Assembly (NCBI GenBank): GCA_951406725.2
Contig: OX597832.1
Location: forward strand, 25,668,001-25,732,000
Length of the DNA stretch: 64,000 bases
Direction: 5' to 3'
Source of the DNA: Octopus vulgaris
Taxonomy: Eukaryota
The first letter of the stretch is position 1. Each line of letters begins with the position of its first letter. Shown here in pieces: positions 1-12,130 of this stretch. The notes beneath the pieces are model-generated. The model was not told the DNA's origin, searched no databases, and worked only from the letters and a program-made list of their open reading frames with translations. The position numbers and the translations under genes were made by a program.

Positions 1-91
1 AGATGACGAAGATTTCGTCACCTATGCTTCAGAGATTGTGAAAAATTCAAATTAAACGAATTAACCCTGGATTTCTTCAAATGCCTAATTT

Positions 92-1010
92 TTGTTCAAT
101 GATTATCTGCAAGAAAAGATGCTGATATACGTTCCCCGTACATTAATAAAACTAGAACAGGACCAAAAATTAGAACAGGACCAAGATCGAATGATAAAGG
201 AATTCCACAATAGAAATCCAGGAATTTCTAGAATGAAGTCGCTTATGAGGAGTTATGTTTACTGGGCAAAAATGGATCTAGATATCGAGAAGTTGGTAAA
301 ATCCTGCAGAGTTTGTGCTCTTACAGCGAAATCACCACCCATAAAATTTCAACCTTGGCCCAAGTCCAATATTTCATGGTCCAGACTACACATAGACTTC
401 GCAGGACCGTTAAACCGATCATTCTATCTGATAGTGGTAGATAGCTATTCAAAATGGCCAGAAATGAGTAAATATAGAAAACCGACATCCACGGTAGCAG
501 TGGAATTTTTACACGGACTTTTTGCTAGGCATGTTGTCCTGGATACCATAGTCTCCGATAACCGTACACATTTCACGGCGGATGAATTTAAGAATTTTTG
601 TAAGATGTACTCAATTAAATATATCACTACTTCTCCGTATCATTTAAAAGAGCGTTAACAAAATCAAGAAACGAGCCAGTCGATGACGCAGTATTGACAC
701 AATTCTTGAGTGTTTATAGGATAACACCAAACACAAACACTTTTTCAGGCAAGTTGCTTGCGGAACTAATGTTTGCTCGAAAAATAAAGTCAGTTTTTGA
801 CAAGTTGCTATCAGTAAAGAAAACAAATAGGGGAAGCACTAAGTATGCGACGAAGCATTTTAATATCGGTGACAAGGTATTTTCAAAATATATAAAAATG
901 GAAGACAACGTTGAGAAGATGGAGTAGTAAAAAAAAGGATAGGCAAAATGACGTATATGATAAGATGCGAAAAATGGGAACAGAAAAGGCATTTAAACCA
1001 GCTAGAAAAT
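92..1010 (+). mobile_element. Ty3/Gypsy LTR-retrotransposon integrase remnant (K02A2.6-like), decayed
   Basis: ORF 92-658 has a degraded HHCC zinc motif (EFH..NPGISRMKSLMRSYVYW..C..C) and the rve core (WSRLHIDFAGP, LIVVDSYSKWPE, IVSDN). The region of the catalytic E is deleted near 645. The frameshifted continuation at 694-927 reads FLSVYRITPN..AELMFARKIKS..FNIGDKV. Confidence 0.9.
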
Positions 1011-1634
1011 AGGTATACAGAAAAAAAGAGATACTCATGGAAGTATTTGGCCAGTGCTTCATTCTATTGATCCTGAATTGATAAAAGGTAACTTTGGTCC
1101 CCGCGGCATTTTATTTTGGAATGTAAAAGCGTCGTAACGAAATACAACCGAAAAGTATTTTTTCCAACGCCCCACCGAGTCTGTCAATCCATCGCCTTTT
1201 CTGAATTTCTAGCATGGGTATAAGGAGAAAAATTGGGGAGGAGAGACAATCGATTATGTCGCCCCCAGAGTATGACTGGTCCATCGCAAAGTCCAGTTCT
1301 TGATGGCTGGTGTTCATGAATAACACTGAGAACTTATGCCAGTGGAGTGCGAACTCCTGATAGGGCTTCTTATGTTGAACAGGCCAAAGGATAGAGGCAG
1401 TACTAATATGGACTAACTCTTTCCAGGGGTAAACATGGGTTTGCGTATAGGAAACACCTCTACGTATAAAAAAGCATAGTTATAGACGATGACTATTCAA
1501 AACCAACAGGAAAAGTTGTCGATGGCCTTGTAAACCTCATAGAGATAGAAGGACTTATGTAAGGGCATGGTAAAAATAAAAAAAAAGGTAAACTCTCAAC
1601 ATTGCTGTTTGGATTCCTAAATTACATAAGTCAG

Positions 1635-1810
1635 GGAGTCCGGTCAGTTTCCATGGCGTATAAGTGACCAAGATCAGGACGTTCACCCTGATGAGTGCGT
1701 GGGCTGGAACAACGCAGAATGAAGTATTTTGCTCAAGAACAAAGCGCACTGCTCGGTCCAAAAATCAAACCCATGATCCTACATGCATCACCCTAAACCA
1801 CTAGGCTACG
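1635..1810 (-). mobile_element. Decayed tRNA-derived SINE (family C-related)
   Basis: ttttgctcaagaacaaagcgcac..aatcaaaccc..ccctaaaccactaggctac resembles the minus-strand tRNA head of the copies at 29665-30050 and 38120-38385. Confidence 0.55.
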
Positions 1811-2822
1811 CTCCTTCCCTTGTAAGTATAACAACGCTGGTTTATTTTCTTCCGCCCAAATTAGTGAAAGGTAAAGTCAAACACGACGGAATTTGAATAC
1901 AGAACGCAACTAATTATCATAAAGTATTCCGTCAGTCACTCAACCGGTTTTGTCATCCACCGCCATATTTATTAATTGAGATAATAAAAACGAAAATAAT
2001 GATAGCAATGGAAATTTGTCGATGGCAATCTACGCTACAGATTCATATCGTCGCCATTTCTGTTGCTACATTCGCTTCATTTTGTCTTCTCCCACCAACG
2101 TCCTCCATTCTCATCCAGCGATTTTCTTTTTCTTTTCTGGATATATTTGTTTAATTTATTGAATTATTTTCATTAATTGAGCCATTTATGTCTGCAGCCA
2201 ATGCAAATGTACTTGAAATTAACTGTTATCGAAGTAGAAATATAAAAACAAAACGAACAAGTAAATTGAGTAAAACAGATCGGTTATAGTGTCAAAAGCT
2301 TATAAAATTTCATTTTTTTCCTCAGAAATTTCGATCATTTTTCATGGCTGATGAAAAGATAGCAATCAGCCATTTTGTTTTTTATAATATTACGCAAATT
2401 TTCATGAAATTATGTTACAAGAGATCAGAGATATCTTCTGGGAGTATTTTTCTCTTTTTTGCATAATTATTTTGGCAGAGTGTCAGAAGAAATATTTGCC
2501 ATACAGTATATTGTTACGTAACACTACATTGTGGGTTCAAATAAAGCGCAAGGGTGATTGAATCGATTTTACCATCAAATATAATTTATGGTGATGCAGA
2601 AGTATATAACCTATACAGTATTAGAAAATAGGAGAGAAAGACCCGTGTTATGTGGTCCGGCTCTCGGTGATCTGATCTCAAAACCTGCCGTGGTTAATGT
2701 TGCCTTTTATTCTTCTTGGATCTATTTAAAGAAAATTGCTCTATATTTAAGATATGACGATTATGCACATTATTTACACTATTTACATTTGACGGATTTT
2801 TGTCCTCATCTTGTTTGTTGTT

Positions 2823-2868
2823 AACATAATGTTTCGGCCGATATACCTTCCAGCCTTCATCAGTTGCC
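2823..2868 (-). ncRNA. Minimal type I hammerhead ribozyme motif (decayed)
   Basis: Minus strand GGCAA-CTGATGA-A-GGCTG-gaaggtatat-CGGCC-GAAA-CATT-ATGTT: CUGAUGA and GAAA cores flank stem II. Confidence 0.65.
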
Positions 2869-2915
2869 TTGGAGAAATTTCTAACCTGAGTTCCCATTCC
2901 TAAGGTATTTTTCGA

Positions 2916-3049
<134 letters not shown>

Positions 3050-3390
3050 TTTTTTTTCTTCTTTCAAATTTGCTTCCATTTCTTGCCGAGTGTCTTCCCG
3101 ACTCCTAGGGCAAAGAAACTCATAGTATACATTGGTAGGCCATTAAACCAAACTCAATAGTTCGTTCATTTTTTTTTATTTTTTAAGTTAAATTAAAATA
3201 CATGAGAAGCAACAGTTCTCACATCGACAATGCTCTTCTCAATACGTGTGATGTACCAGTTAAGACAATCTTTTGCACTTCTTGCAGGGGTGGTAAGCCA
3301 TGGATCATTCTCATATAATTTTCGGTTCCCTTCTTGATCATTCCTAGTGCTCCTACGATCACTGGTATTGTAACCGCCTTGAGATGCCAC

Positions 3391-3392
<2 letters not shown>
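3050..3392 (-). mobile_element. R4/Dong-clade (RLE) non-LTR retrotransposon 3' fragment
   Basis: The minus strand translates KMWHLKAVTIPVIVGALGMIKKGTENYMRMIHGLPPLQEVQKIVLTGTSHVLRRALSM*, followed by a 3' UTR. Flanked by (AAT)n and nearly identical to 36661-36960. Confidence 0.85.
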
Positions 3393-3482
<90 letters not shown>

Positions 3483-3575
3483 TCACTGCCTGGAATCGAA
3501 CTCGAACTAACAGTTCCATGCTTTAAGAGACATTAAATTGGCATATTTCTATAGCATGCCATGTATCTCCAAGCA

Positions 3576-3635
<60 letters not shown>

Positions 3636-4029
3636 AGCTTACTTGGAAGATGCGTGACGTTCAATCATATAATAATATAAATAATATATATATATATGCA
3701 TATGTGGGTGCAGGGTGTCATGAAATGTTTACAACAAATCAATACGAAGCACGAGTACGTGGAATATGAACTATCTTTCTCGAACGACATGAGACTCACT
3801 CGCCCCATTCAGACAAACACTCACAGACACCATTCTCACATACACATACACTCTTGCGCACCTTAGTTTGGGTCAACATTACTTTTACCATTATCATTAT
3901 TATTGTCTCCCTTTCATTCACCCTCTCTTTTCGCGTCATCTTGGTATGTTGGGACCGTTGAACTCTGCACATTTTTTCCTCTCTTCGTTTTTTTCATTCT
4001 CTCTCCATTTCCACCCACCCCCCTTAATT

Positions 4030-4150
4030 CTTTCTCTCAAAGACTGTAGGCTCGAAACGTAAAAGACTTTTCCATGTTTCCCGAACGTTAAACTAACACA
4101 CCTGCTTGTGATTCCTAAACTTGTCTTCGTCTTTTTTGTCTGTAAATTTT
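4030..4150 (+). mobile_element. Penelope-like pLTR fragment with decayed hammerhead (GAGC-stem family)
   Basis: ..GTAGGCTCGAAACGTAAAAGAC..ACACCTGCTTG..GTCTTCGTC is homologous to the minus-strand copies at 11930-12130 and 34300-34485. Confidence 0.6.
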
Positions 4151-4347
4151 ATATACACGCACATGCGCACACACACAATACTTATATATATGTATACATA
4201 AATACAATACGCATTTGTATGGAACTATATACACATATATAATGCATGTATATCATATATATCTATATATATATATTTATATATATATATATGATTGATT
4301 GATTGATTCTAGTTTCAGCTCATGAGCTGTGGCCATGCTGGGGCACC

Positions 4348-4411
<64 letters not shown>

Positions 4412-4559
4412 AATAGGTGAATGAATTATCCTAGCACGGAAAATTCGTTTAACCGATACCTGGGTAGCAAATTCACGTCAGAGAACACGGTTGAAGCAAC
4501 GTGTCAAGGGTAGAAACTCCGGGTTCTTGTGTGGAACTTTGTGTGTTTTTTTATATATA

Positions 4560-4679
4560 TGAATAAATGAAAGAATGGAGTCGAAAGAAGATGTTAACAA
4601 AATTCCTTTACTCTCGACACATGTTTCGAGAGTAAAGGAATTTTGTTAACATCTTCTTTCGACTCCATTCTTTCATTTA

Positions 4680-4683
<4 letters not shown>
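4560..4683. repeat. Perfect fold-back hairpin (~58 bp arms, 8 nt loop) between (TA)n tracts
   Basis: gaataaatg...ctctcga [cacatgtt] tcgagag...catttattc; the arms are exact reverse complements. Confidence 0.95.
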
Positions 4684-4717
<34 letters not shown>

Positions 4718-4814
4718 GGGCAAGTATCTTGTATTATAGCCTCGGTTCGACCAAAGCCTTGTGAGTGGATTTGGTAAACGGAAGCTGAAAGAAACCCATC
4801 GTATATATATATAT

Positions 4815-4854
<40 letters not shown>

Positions 4855-5092
4855 GACGAGCGCGTGTGTGTGCATTTGTGTGTTTATGTTTGTTCCCTCT
4901 CCATCACTTGACAACCGATGTTGGTGTGGTCACGTCCCCGTAACTCAACTCAGCGGTTCGCGAAGAGAGACGACAGAATAAGTAGTAGGCTTACAAAGAA
5001 TAAGTTCTGAGATTGATTTGTTCGACTAAAGGCGGTGCTCCAGCATGGACACAGTCAAATGACTGAATCAAGTAAAAGAATAAAAGAATAAT
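4718..5092 (+). mobile_element. tRNA-derived SINE family B, 5'-truncated
   Basis: Body (aaagccttgtgagtggatttggta..), internal (TA)/(TG) tract and tail (ggcggtgctccagcatgg..cagtcaaatgactgaa) are shared with the other family B copies. Confidence 0.85.
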
Positions 5093-5122
5093 AGAATACA
5101 GAGAGAGAGAGTGTGTGTGTGC

Positions 5123-5163
<41 letters not shown>

Positions 5164-5728
5164 TGTGTGTGTATGAGAGAGAGAAATATAATTTATTGCT
5201 TCGGTGAAACCGTTGATAATTTTATCAACGTGGATAAATGCTAATAATATTGTTCCTTTTGTTGTTGTTCCTTTTGTTGTTGTTACTGTTGATGTTGTTG
5301 TTGTTGTTGTTATTCTTGTTAATGCTGACGGTCCTAATCCCGATGATGTCGACGTTGCTCTTTCATTCGTTCTGTTTTCATTGTTATGGTTTATGCTGTC
5401 GACGTCGCAATTCCATTTTCTTTTGTTCGTGTCACTGTTAATAATTACCGTCGTAGCGTTTGCTGCAGCAGTTGCTTCTAGAGGCGGTGGATGTGTTGAC
5501 GGTGGTGGTTCATTCGCTTTCTTTCTTTTTGTTTTTTTTTCCTTTTTGTTATTCTTTTCTCACTGACTTGTTTGAGAGTTTGATTTTAGGATGAAGTTGA
5601 AAGAGATTTTTAAAATAACCAGAATTTTTCGCTTGCTCTTTTTGCTAAATAGATGGCTTAAGTTAAGTATAGTTATAATTATATTTATTATGTATTTTGT
5701 CTATAGTATATTTCGTCAGGGGATTTCA

Positions 5729-5830
<102 letters not shown>

Positions 5831-6127
5831 AACTACAACAACTACTACTTCTAGATTGATGGGATTTTTACTTATTCCTTTTTGGTTAGTACCAATAAAA
5901 GAGGATTTATTTGGAATTAATGTTAGAGAAAATTAAATTTCAAACAGCTAACTGAAGATTGATTCTGATGACATGTAGTTATAAAGAACGAGAATCAAAA
6001 CAGCACACTCTTATTGCACACATACTTACATACGTACATACATACATTACGGCCATAGATACATACATAACTATGTACGCATTTATATTACATATAGAAA
6101 CATACGTAAATATATATATATATTTAC

Positions 6128-6162
<35 letters not shown>

Positions 6163-6355
6163 TACATATATATATATATGTATATATAAGTTTATGAATA
6201 TATTTATATATACATATGTATATATATGTGGGCATATATATATAAATATGTTTATATATATATGTATATACATATATAGATGTATATACATACACACACA
6301 TATATGCGTATATATATATATTTATATATACAGGGACAGAGAGAGAGAGAGCGGG

Positions 6356-6445
<90 letters not shown>

Positions 6446-6458
6446 GTAAATAGTTAGT

Positions 6459-6529
<71 letters not shown>

Positions 6530-6720
6530 AATAATGAGTGAGGGAAAGTGGGTGTAAGAGAGATGGTGATTCCATGTCATGTGCAAACACAACACGTCAC
6601 ATATGTATGAAGACAAGATTTTCTTTTAAGCAATTCATATTGAAAACACGACTATGTTGCTATTTAATAGTTGTAATTAAATGTTCTTTCATCTCCGTAT
6701 CAAATCCTTAAAGTATTTTT

Positions 6721-6873
6721 TGTGGCTGTGTGGTAATAAGCTTGCTTCCCAACCACATGTTTCCGAGTTCAGTTCCACTGCTTGGCACCCTGGGTGTGTG
6801 TCTTCAACTATAGCCTCGAACGTGCCCGAGTCTTGCGGCTGAATTTGGTAAGCAGAAAACTGAAAGAAGCTAG

Positions 6874-6876
<3 letters not shown>
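6721..6876 (+). mobile_element. SINE family B, 5' part
   Basis: A-box-like TGGCTGTGTGG and B-box-like GAGTTCAGTTCC, followed by the family body. Confidence 0.8.
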
Positions 6877-6914
<38 letters not shown>

Positions 6915-6931
6915 CACACACATATATATAT

Positions 6932-7210
6932 GAGGAATGACCACTAATCGTGGACTGCCTTAATGCTAGAAACAGACGTCAAACTCGCCATTTACCACGA
7001 AGAATGTTCCCAAGAATAATGTGTTCTTGAGAACACATTCTTCGTGGTAAATGGCGAGTTTGACTTCTATTTCTAGCATACAGGCTGTCCACTATTTGTG
7101 ATCATTCCTCTAAATTTTGTATGTATAAAATTTTTAATCTTCGGATTTTTTAAAAATATGCTAGGCCAATGGTTTTAATTGATTAATATCAATTTCTACC
7201 CTTATTTAAT

Positions 7211-7215
<5 letters not shown>
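6932..7215. mobile_element. Penelope-like element end with inverted partial duplication (hairpin 6932-7110)
   Basis: An imperfect inverted repeat (gaggaatga..caaactcgccatttaccacgaagaatg / cattcttcgtggtaaatggcgagtttg..tcattcctc) is followed by a tail. It shares ctatttctagcatac and the tail with 7702-7945. Confidence 0.6.
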
Positions 7216-7287
<72 letters not shown>

Positions 7288-7492
7288 GTATCTATGTATA
7301 TATGTATGTATGTATGTAGAAGTTATGTAGAATATTTTTTAGTCCACTGAAATTGAATGCCACACAGATTTCAGTACTCCGAGTTTAAAAATATTTCTGC
7401 TCTTCGACTGGTAATCCGATCGCATATTCTTTTGAATTATTTATTATTTGGATATATTAAGTAATATTATACGAAGGTTATCAACAAAATTG
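7093..7492. repeat. Left arm of local inverted duplication (partner 10175-10538)
   Basis: Reverse complement of 10175-10538 with only a handful of mismatches, including the intervening microsatellite (whose length differs). Confidence 0.9.
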
Positions 7493-7701
7493 ATTATCTT
7501 TATGATTTTATTTTAAAATTGTGCAAACGACACGTGTAAAAACAGCTGATGTATATATACATAGATATTCATATATCTATGTATATATACATAGATATAT
7601 ACATATATCTATGTATATATACATAGATATATACATATATCTATGTATATATACATATATATGTATATATATGTATATATATACATATATATGTATATAT
7701 A

Positions 7702-7945
7702 TGTATATTGGCAGGGCAAGACTGCTAGGTAGTCGGCCGTATGCTAGAAATAGATTATCAACGATCGTAGTATGATCGTTGATGATCTATTTCTAGCATA
7801 CGGCCGACTACCTAGCAGTCTTGCCCGGCCAATATACACATATATTAGAATTTTCTCTGATTTCTCAGATTTTTTGTATGCTGGACTACTGGTTTTAAAT
7901 TGATATTGAAATTAAGATTAATTTATCTCCCTCATTATTTATATT
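7702..7945. mobile_element. Penelope-like element end with near-perfect hairpin (7702-7838)
   Basis: gggcaagactgctaggtagtcggccgtatgctagaaatagat / atctatttctagcatacggccgactacctagcagtcttgccc; flanked by (TA)n. Confidence 0.65.
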
Positions 7946-8005
7946 ATATATATATATATATATATACATACTTATATATGTTTATATATATACATATATA
8001 TATTC

Positions 8006-8091
<86 letters not shown>

Positions 8092-8096
<5 letters not shown>

Positions 8097-8847
8097 TTAA
8101 AGAACGTGAAATTCACGAATTGACAAACACGGAAAAACGGACAGTAATTCAGAGCCTTCATTCTTCAGTCAGAAACCGATTCATCATCGCAAATTTCGGC
8201 TGTTTAATTCTGAGATTTGCTCCGAAAAGGCCAGCCCCAAGGAAAAGCTAAGCTATGGGCATTAGATTTGCTTGGTAGAAGGAAATAATGTGACAACCAA
8301 GACGAATAGGAAAACAAGAGACGAAGATAAAATTGGAAACAGTAACGAATAAAAACAGGAATGATACGGGGGCGTCTTACGACTTTGAGACAAAATCAGA
8401 CAAAGCAATTGATCAGCAAGCGTGGGAAGCGGTTACCTTTTCGGTAGAGGACACATGTGTTGTACAGGCGGCTGTCAGCAGTGGAATGGCTTAGCAGCAG
8501 CAGGTTGCAAGAAGGTGAGAGATAAAGAGAGAGGGGGGATTGAGGATGGCCGAGAAATGACCAAGAGAGAGAGAGAAAGAAAGAATTAAAGAGGGTGAGA
8601 GGAAGGGGCGCCAAAATAACTTGGTAAAGAAGCGCCAAAATACCTTGAGGAAGAAGCAATGGCGGATGATAAAGGGGAGGTTTAAAGTTGAAGACATCGT
8701 GCAATAGTGGAGATATGACAAACATAAATGGATTGGTGCACGTACGCTGCGATAATATAGAATAAAACTTATATATAAAGAACGTGAAATTCACGAATTG
8801 ACAAACACGGAAAAACGGACAGTAATTCAGAGCCTTCATTCTTCAGT
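8092..8847 (-). mobile_element. Putative non-autonomous Penelope-like element with terminal direct repeat (~76 bp; 8092-8168 = 8764-8847)
   Basis: Direct repeat aagaacgtgaaattcacgaattg..cattcttcagt at both ends, CT-rich on the minus strand, flanked by (TA)n. Related to 60075-60745. Confidence 0.55.
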
Positions 8848-8870
8848 TATATATATATATATACTTATAT

Positions 8871-10170
8871 AACTCTGACGTCATATATCTTGACTTCAGT
8901 AAAGCGTTCGACAGGGTAGACCATAACATCCTAAATGTTGGAATAGGTGGAAAAGTACTACACTGGATTAAGTATTTCCTGGCGAATAGAACACAACATG
9001 TTGTAGTTGATGGAGTCCACTCAAACCCAGCAAAAGTCACCAGCGGTGTTCCCCAGGGAACTGTTTTGGGTCCGCTACTCTTCATAATTTACGTAAACGA
9101 CCTTTCCAGTGTCGTACATTACTGCAAAGTGAAAATATTTGCTGATGACACTAAGCTCCAGCAAATCGTCAATGAAGAAGCAGACCGAACTCAACTCCAG
9201 TCTGATCTATATGCTGTGAGTCAATGGGCAGACAGAAACAAAATGCAACTGAATGAGGGAAAATTTGAGCTGATACATTTTGGAAGAAATTCCTCACTAA
9301 AACAACCATACTCTCTTCCTTCAGGGGAACCGCTCACAGCCTCTAACAATATCAGAGACCTGGGTGTAATTGTTGATGACGATCTCAGTTGCAGTGCACA
9401 CATCAACAAGAAGGTCGATATAGCTCGTAGGATGAGTTCCTGGATCTTAAGAACTTTCCGGTCCAGAGAACAAGGTGTCATCATACCACTTTTTTCCTCC
9501 TTTGTACGGCCACACCTTGAATACTGCTGCCCACTGTGGTCTCCTCACACAAGACAAAACATCTCCAGAATTGAGTCACCCCAGAGGGCACTCACTAAAC
9601 AAATTGAAGGCATGGCTGCTCTCGATTATTGGGATCGCCTTAAAGCCTTGAAACTTTACTCCCTCCAGCGTCACCGTGAGCGGTACATCATTTGTACGAT
9701 GTGGAAAATATACCGCCAACTTTGCCCAAACGACCTAAACATTAGCTTCAAGGTTCATCCAAGACTTGGACCACGGGCTATACGTCCCCTGCCCAATTCG
9801 AGATCACAACATACATGTACACTGCAACATAATTTCTTTTCCTCAACAGGCCCTGCCCTATTTAACATTGTCCCGAGGGAGATCAAAGAGGAAAAGGATC
9901 CCATCAACTTTAAACAGAGTCTGGATAGATTCCTTCAAAGAATACCAGATAAGCCACCCATAATTGGATACAACTCACCCAACAAGAACTCACTACTTGA
10001 ACAAAACTGGATACAACTCACCCAACAAGAACTCACTACTTGAACAAAATTTGACTTAAACAAAACTTGACTTAAACAGGATTCGAATAATCCTATCAGG
10101 TGGTGCTATTAAGTTAGACATGGCCTGGACCAATCTTTGGTCGAAACATATCTAAGTTTATCTAAGTTTA
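8871..10170 (+). mobile_element. CR1-clade LINE, 5'-truncated (RT domain and C-terminus, 3' UTR)
   Basis: Open frame 8871-10043 contains DVIYLDFSKAFDRVDH, SGVPQGTVLGPLLFIIYVNDL, FADDTKL, RDLGV and VRPHLEYCCPLWSP. There is a 43-bp tandem duplication at ~9967-10047 and a tandem tail (TCTAAGTTTA)x2. Confidence 0.92.
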
Positions 10171-10174
10171 TATA

Positions 10175-10381
10175 CAATTTTGTTGATAACCTTCGTATAA
10201 TATTACTTAATATATCCAAATAATAAATAATTCAAAAGAATATGCGATCGGATTACCAGTCGAAGAGCAGAAATGTTTTTTAACTCGGAGTACTGAAATC
10301 TGTGTGGCATTCAATTTCAGTGCACTAAAAAATATTCTACATAACTTCTACATACATACATATATACATAGATACATATCT

Positions 10382-10418
<37 letters not shown>

Positions 10419-10538
10419 AAATTAAATAAGGGTAGAAATTGATATTAATCAATTAAAACCATTGGCCTAGCATATTTTTAAAAAATCCGAAGATTAAAAA
10501 TTTCCTACATACAAAATTTAGAGGAATGATCACAAATA
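10175..10538. repeat. Right arm of local inverted duplication (partner 7093-7492)
   Basis: Starts 4 bp after the LINE tail and is the reverse complement of 7093-7492. Confidence 0.9.
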
Positions 10539-10865
10539 TATATATATATCAGAATTAATACGTTATAAACATATGGAAATTTTGTTCGTGCAAATTATAT
10601 TTGAATTCTGATGATGCCGTTTGTTGTGTTGCATTTTAAATTCATCTATACATCAATACTGGATACCTGCACCAACGCCCAGTTAAAATATCAATTGTAG
10701 AATATCAACGCATTTATTTGAATATGCATATCCTTATTCTTCACGTGTGGTATCGTATGTAGTGTGATATTAATATATCATATTCAGCATAATATTGCAC
10801 AAACACATACCCTCGTTATGTATAGGAAACATGTATTTCTTATATAACATATATGCATAAGAATA

Positions 10866-10937
<72 letters not shown>

Positions 10938-10953
10938 GAATATTTATATGTCT

Positions 10954-11023
<70 letters not shown>

Positions 11024-11509
11024 TTCCCTTTAATTAAAAGAAGCGTTTATATCCATTAATAATCGGGTTAAAACGCAGCTTGATCAGAGTCAAAATGTCT
11101 GCATATATAAATTTGTGTATACGCTTGTATGTGTACGTGTAAGGAATATGTGTTTTCGGTTATATAATCGTGTGTGTGTATGTGTGCGTATGAGTGTGTG
11201 TATGTGGGTGTGCGAGAGAGAGTGTATGTGCATGTGTGAGTGAGTGTGTGTGAAAGAGAGCTAGTATGTGTAGGTGTGTGTGTGTGTGTGAGTGTATGTG
11301 CTAATGTTTTTCTGTTTCGTTGTGAGTGTACCTATGTATCTTTAAATAAATTCAGAATAAATTATAACCTTTATACTCGATAATGATAATTATAGATATA
11401 TATATTCGGCTCCTGCATGTTATCATGCATTGAATTCTATAATAGAACACAAATCTGACACACACTCAACCTTATATATGTAAATTTATATACGTAGGTA
11501 TATATATAT

Positions 11510-11559
<50 letters not shown>

Positions 11560-11677
11560 TACAAAGATACTTGATTCAGACATTGCAAAGATATTTGATT
11601 TCAGTCACAATATTTAAAGAGTGCTTTAAGTTTTTAAATAGTTATGTATGTGTGTGTGTATGAGTGAGTGTAAGTGA

Positions 11678-11731
<54 letters not shown>

Positions 11732-11929
11732 GAAAGGTAGGACGGAAAGAACACAAGAAGCGGAAACCAACAAAACACAACATGCGGAAAAATAGACGAT
11801 AGCACAACAAATGGCAAACAGGGCAAAAGCAAGATATACATACACACACAAATACACACATACACTCACACACATATATATATGTATGTATCTATATACA
11901 TACATACACACATATTTATACATATATAT

Positions 11930-12130
11930 ATAACGGGAAGGTTTACGAAAATAAACAAAAGACGAAGGCAGGTGGAGTACAAACAAACAAATGTATTAGT
12001 ATGGCGCTCAGGAATAGAAATAGAACAAGTCTTTTACGTTTCGAGCCTACGCTCTTCAACAGAAAGATACACAGAAAAAAAACAGGGAGAGAAAAAGAAT
12101 TGCGTGTAGGAGCTAACGATCTATCATGGC
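11930..12130 (-). mobile_element. Penelope-like pLTR-derived short element (GAGC-stem hammerhead family)
   Basis: Homologous to 34300-34485 and 4030-4150; lies next to (TA)n. Confidence 0.7.
12031..12066 (-). ncRNA. Minimal hammerhead motif, variant core CUGUUGA
   Basis: CTTT-CTGTTGA-A-GAGC-gtag-GCTC-GAAA-CGTA-AAAG: 4 bp stem I, 4 bp stem II, palindromic ACGT in place of stem III. Confidence 0.65.

Noticed and set aside
1290-1560. Possible LINE (RTE-type) 5' UTR remnant
   Set aside because: The resemblance is too weak to support by eye.
10608-10690. CTGATGA possibly starting another hammerhead
   Set aside because: I could not find a matching stem II followed by GAAA.
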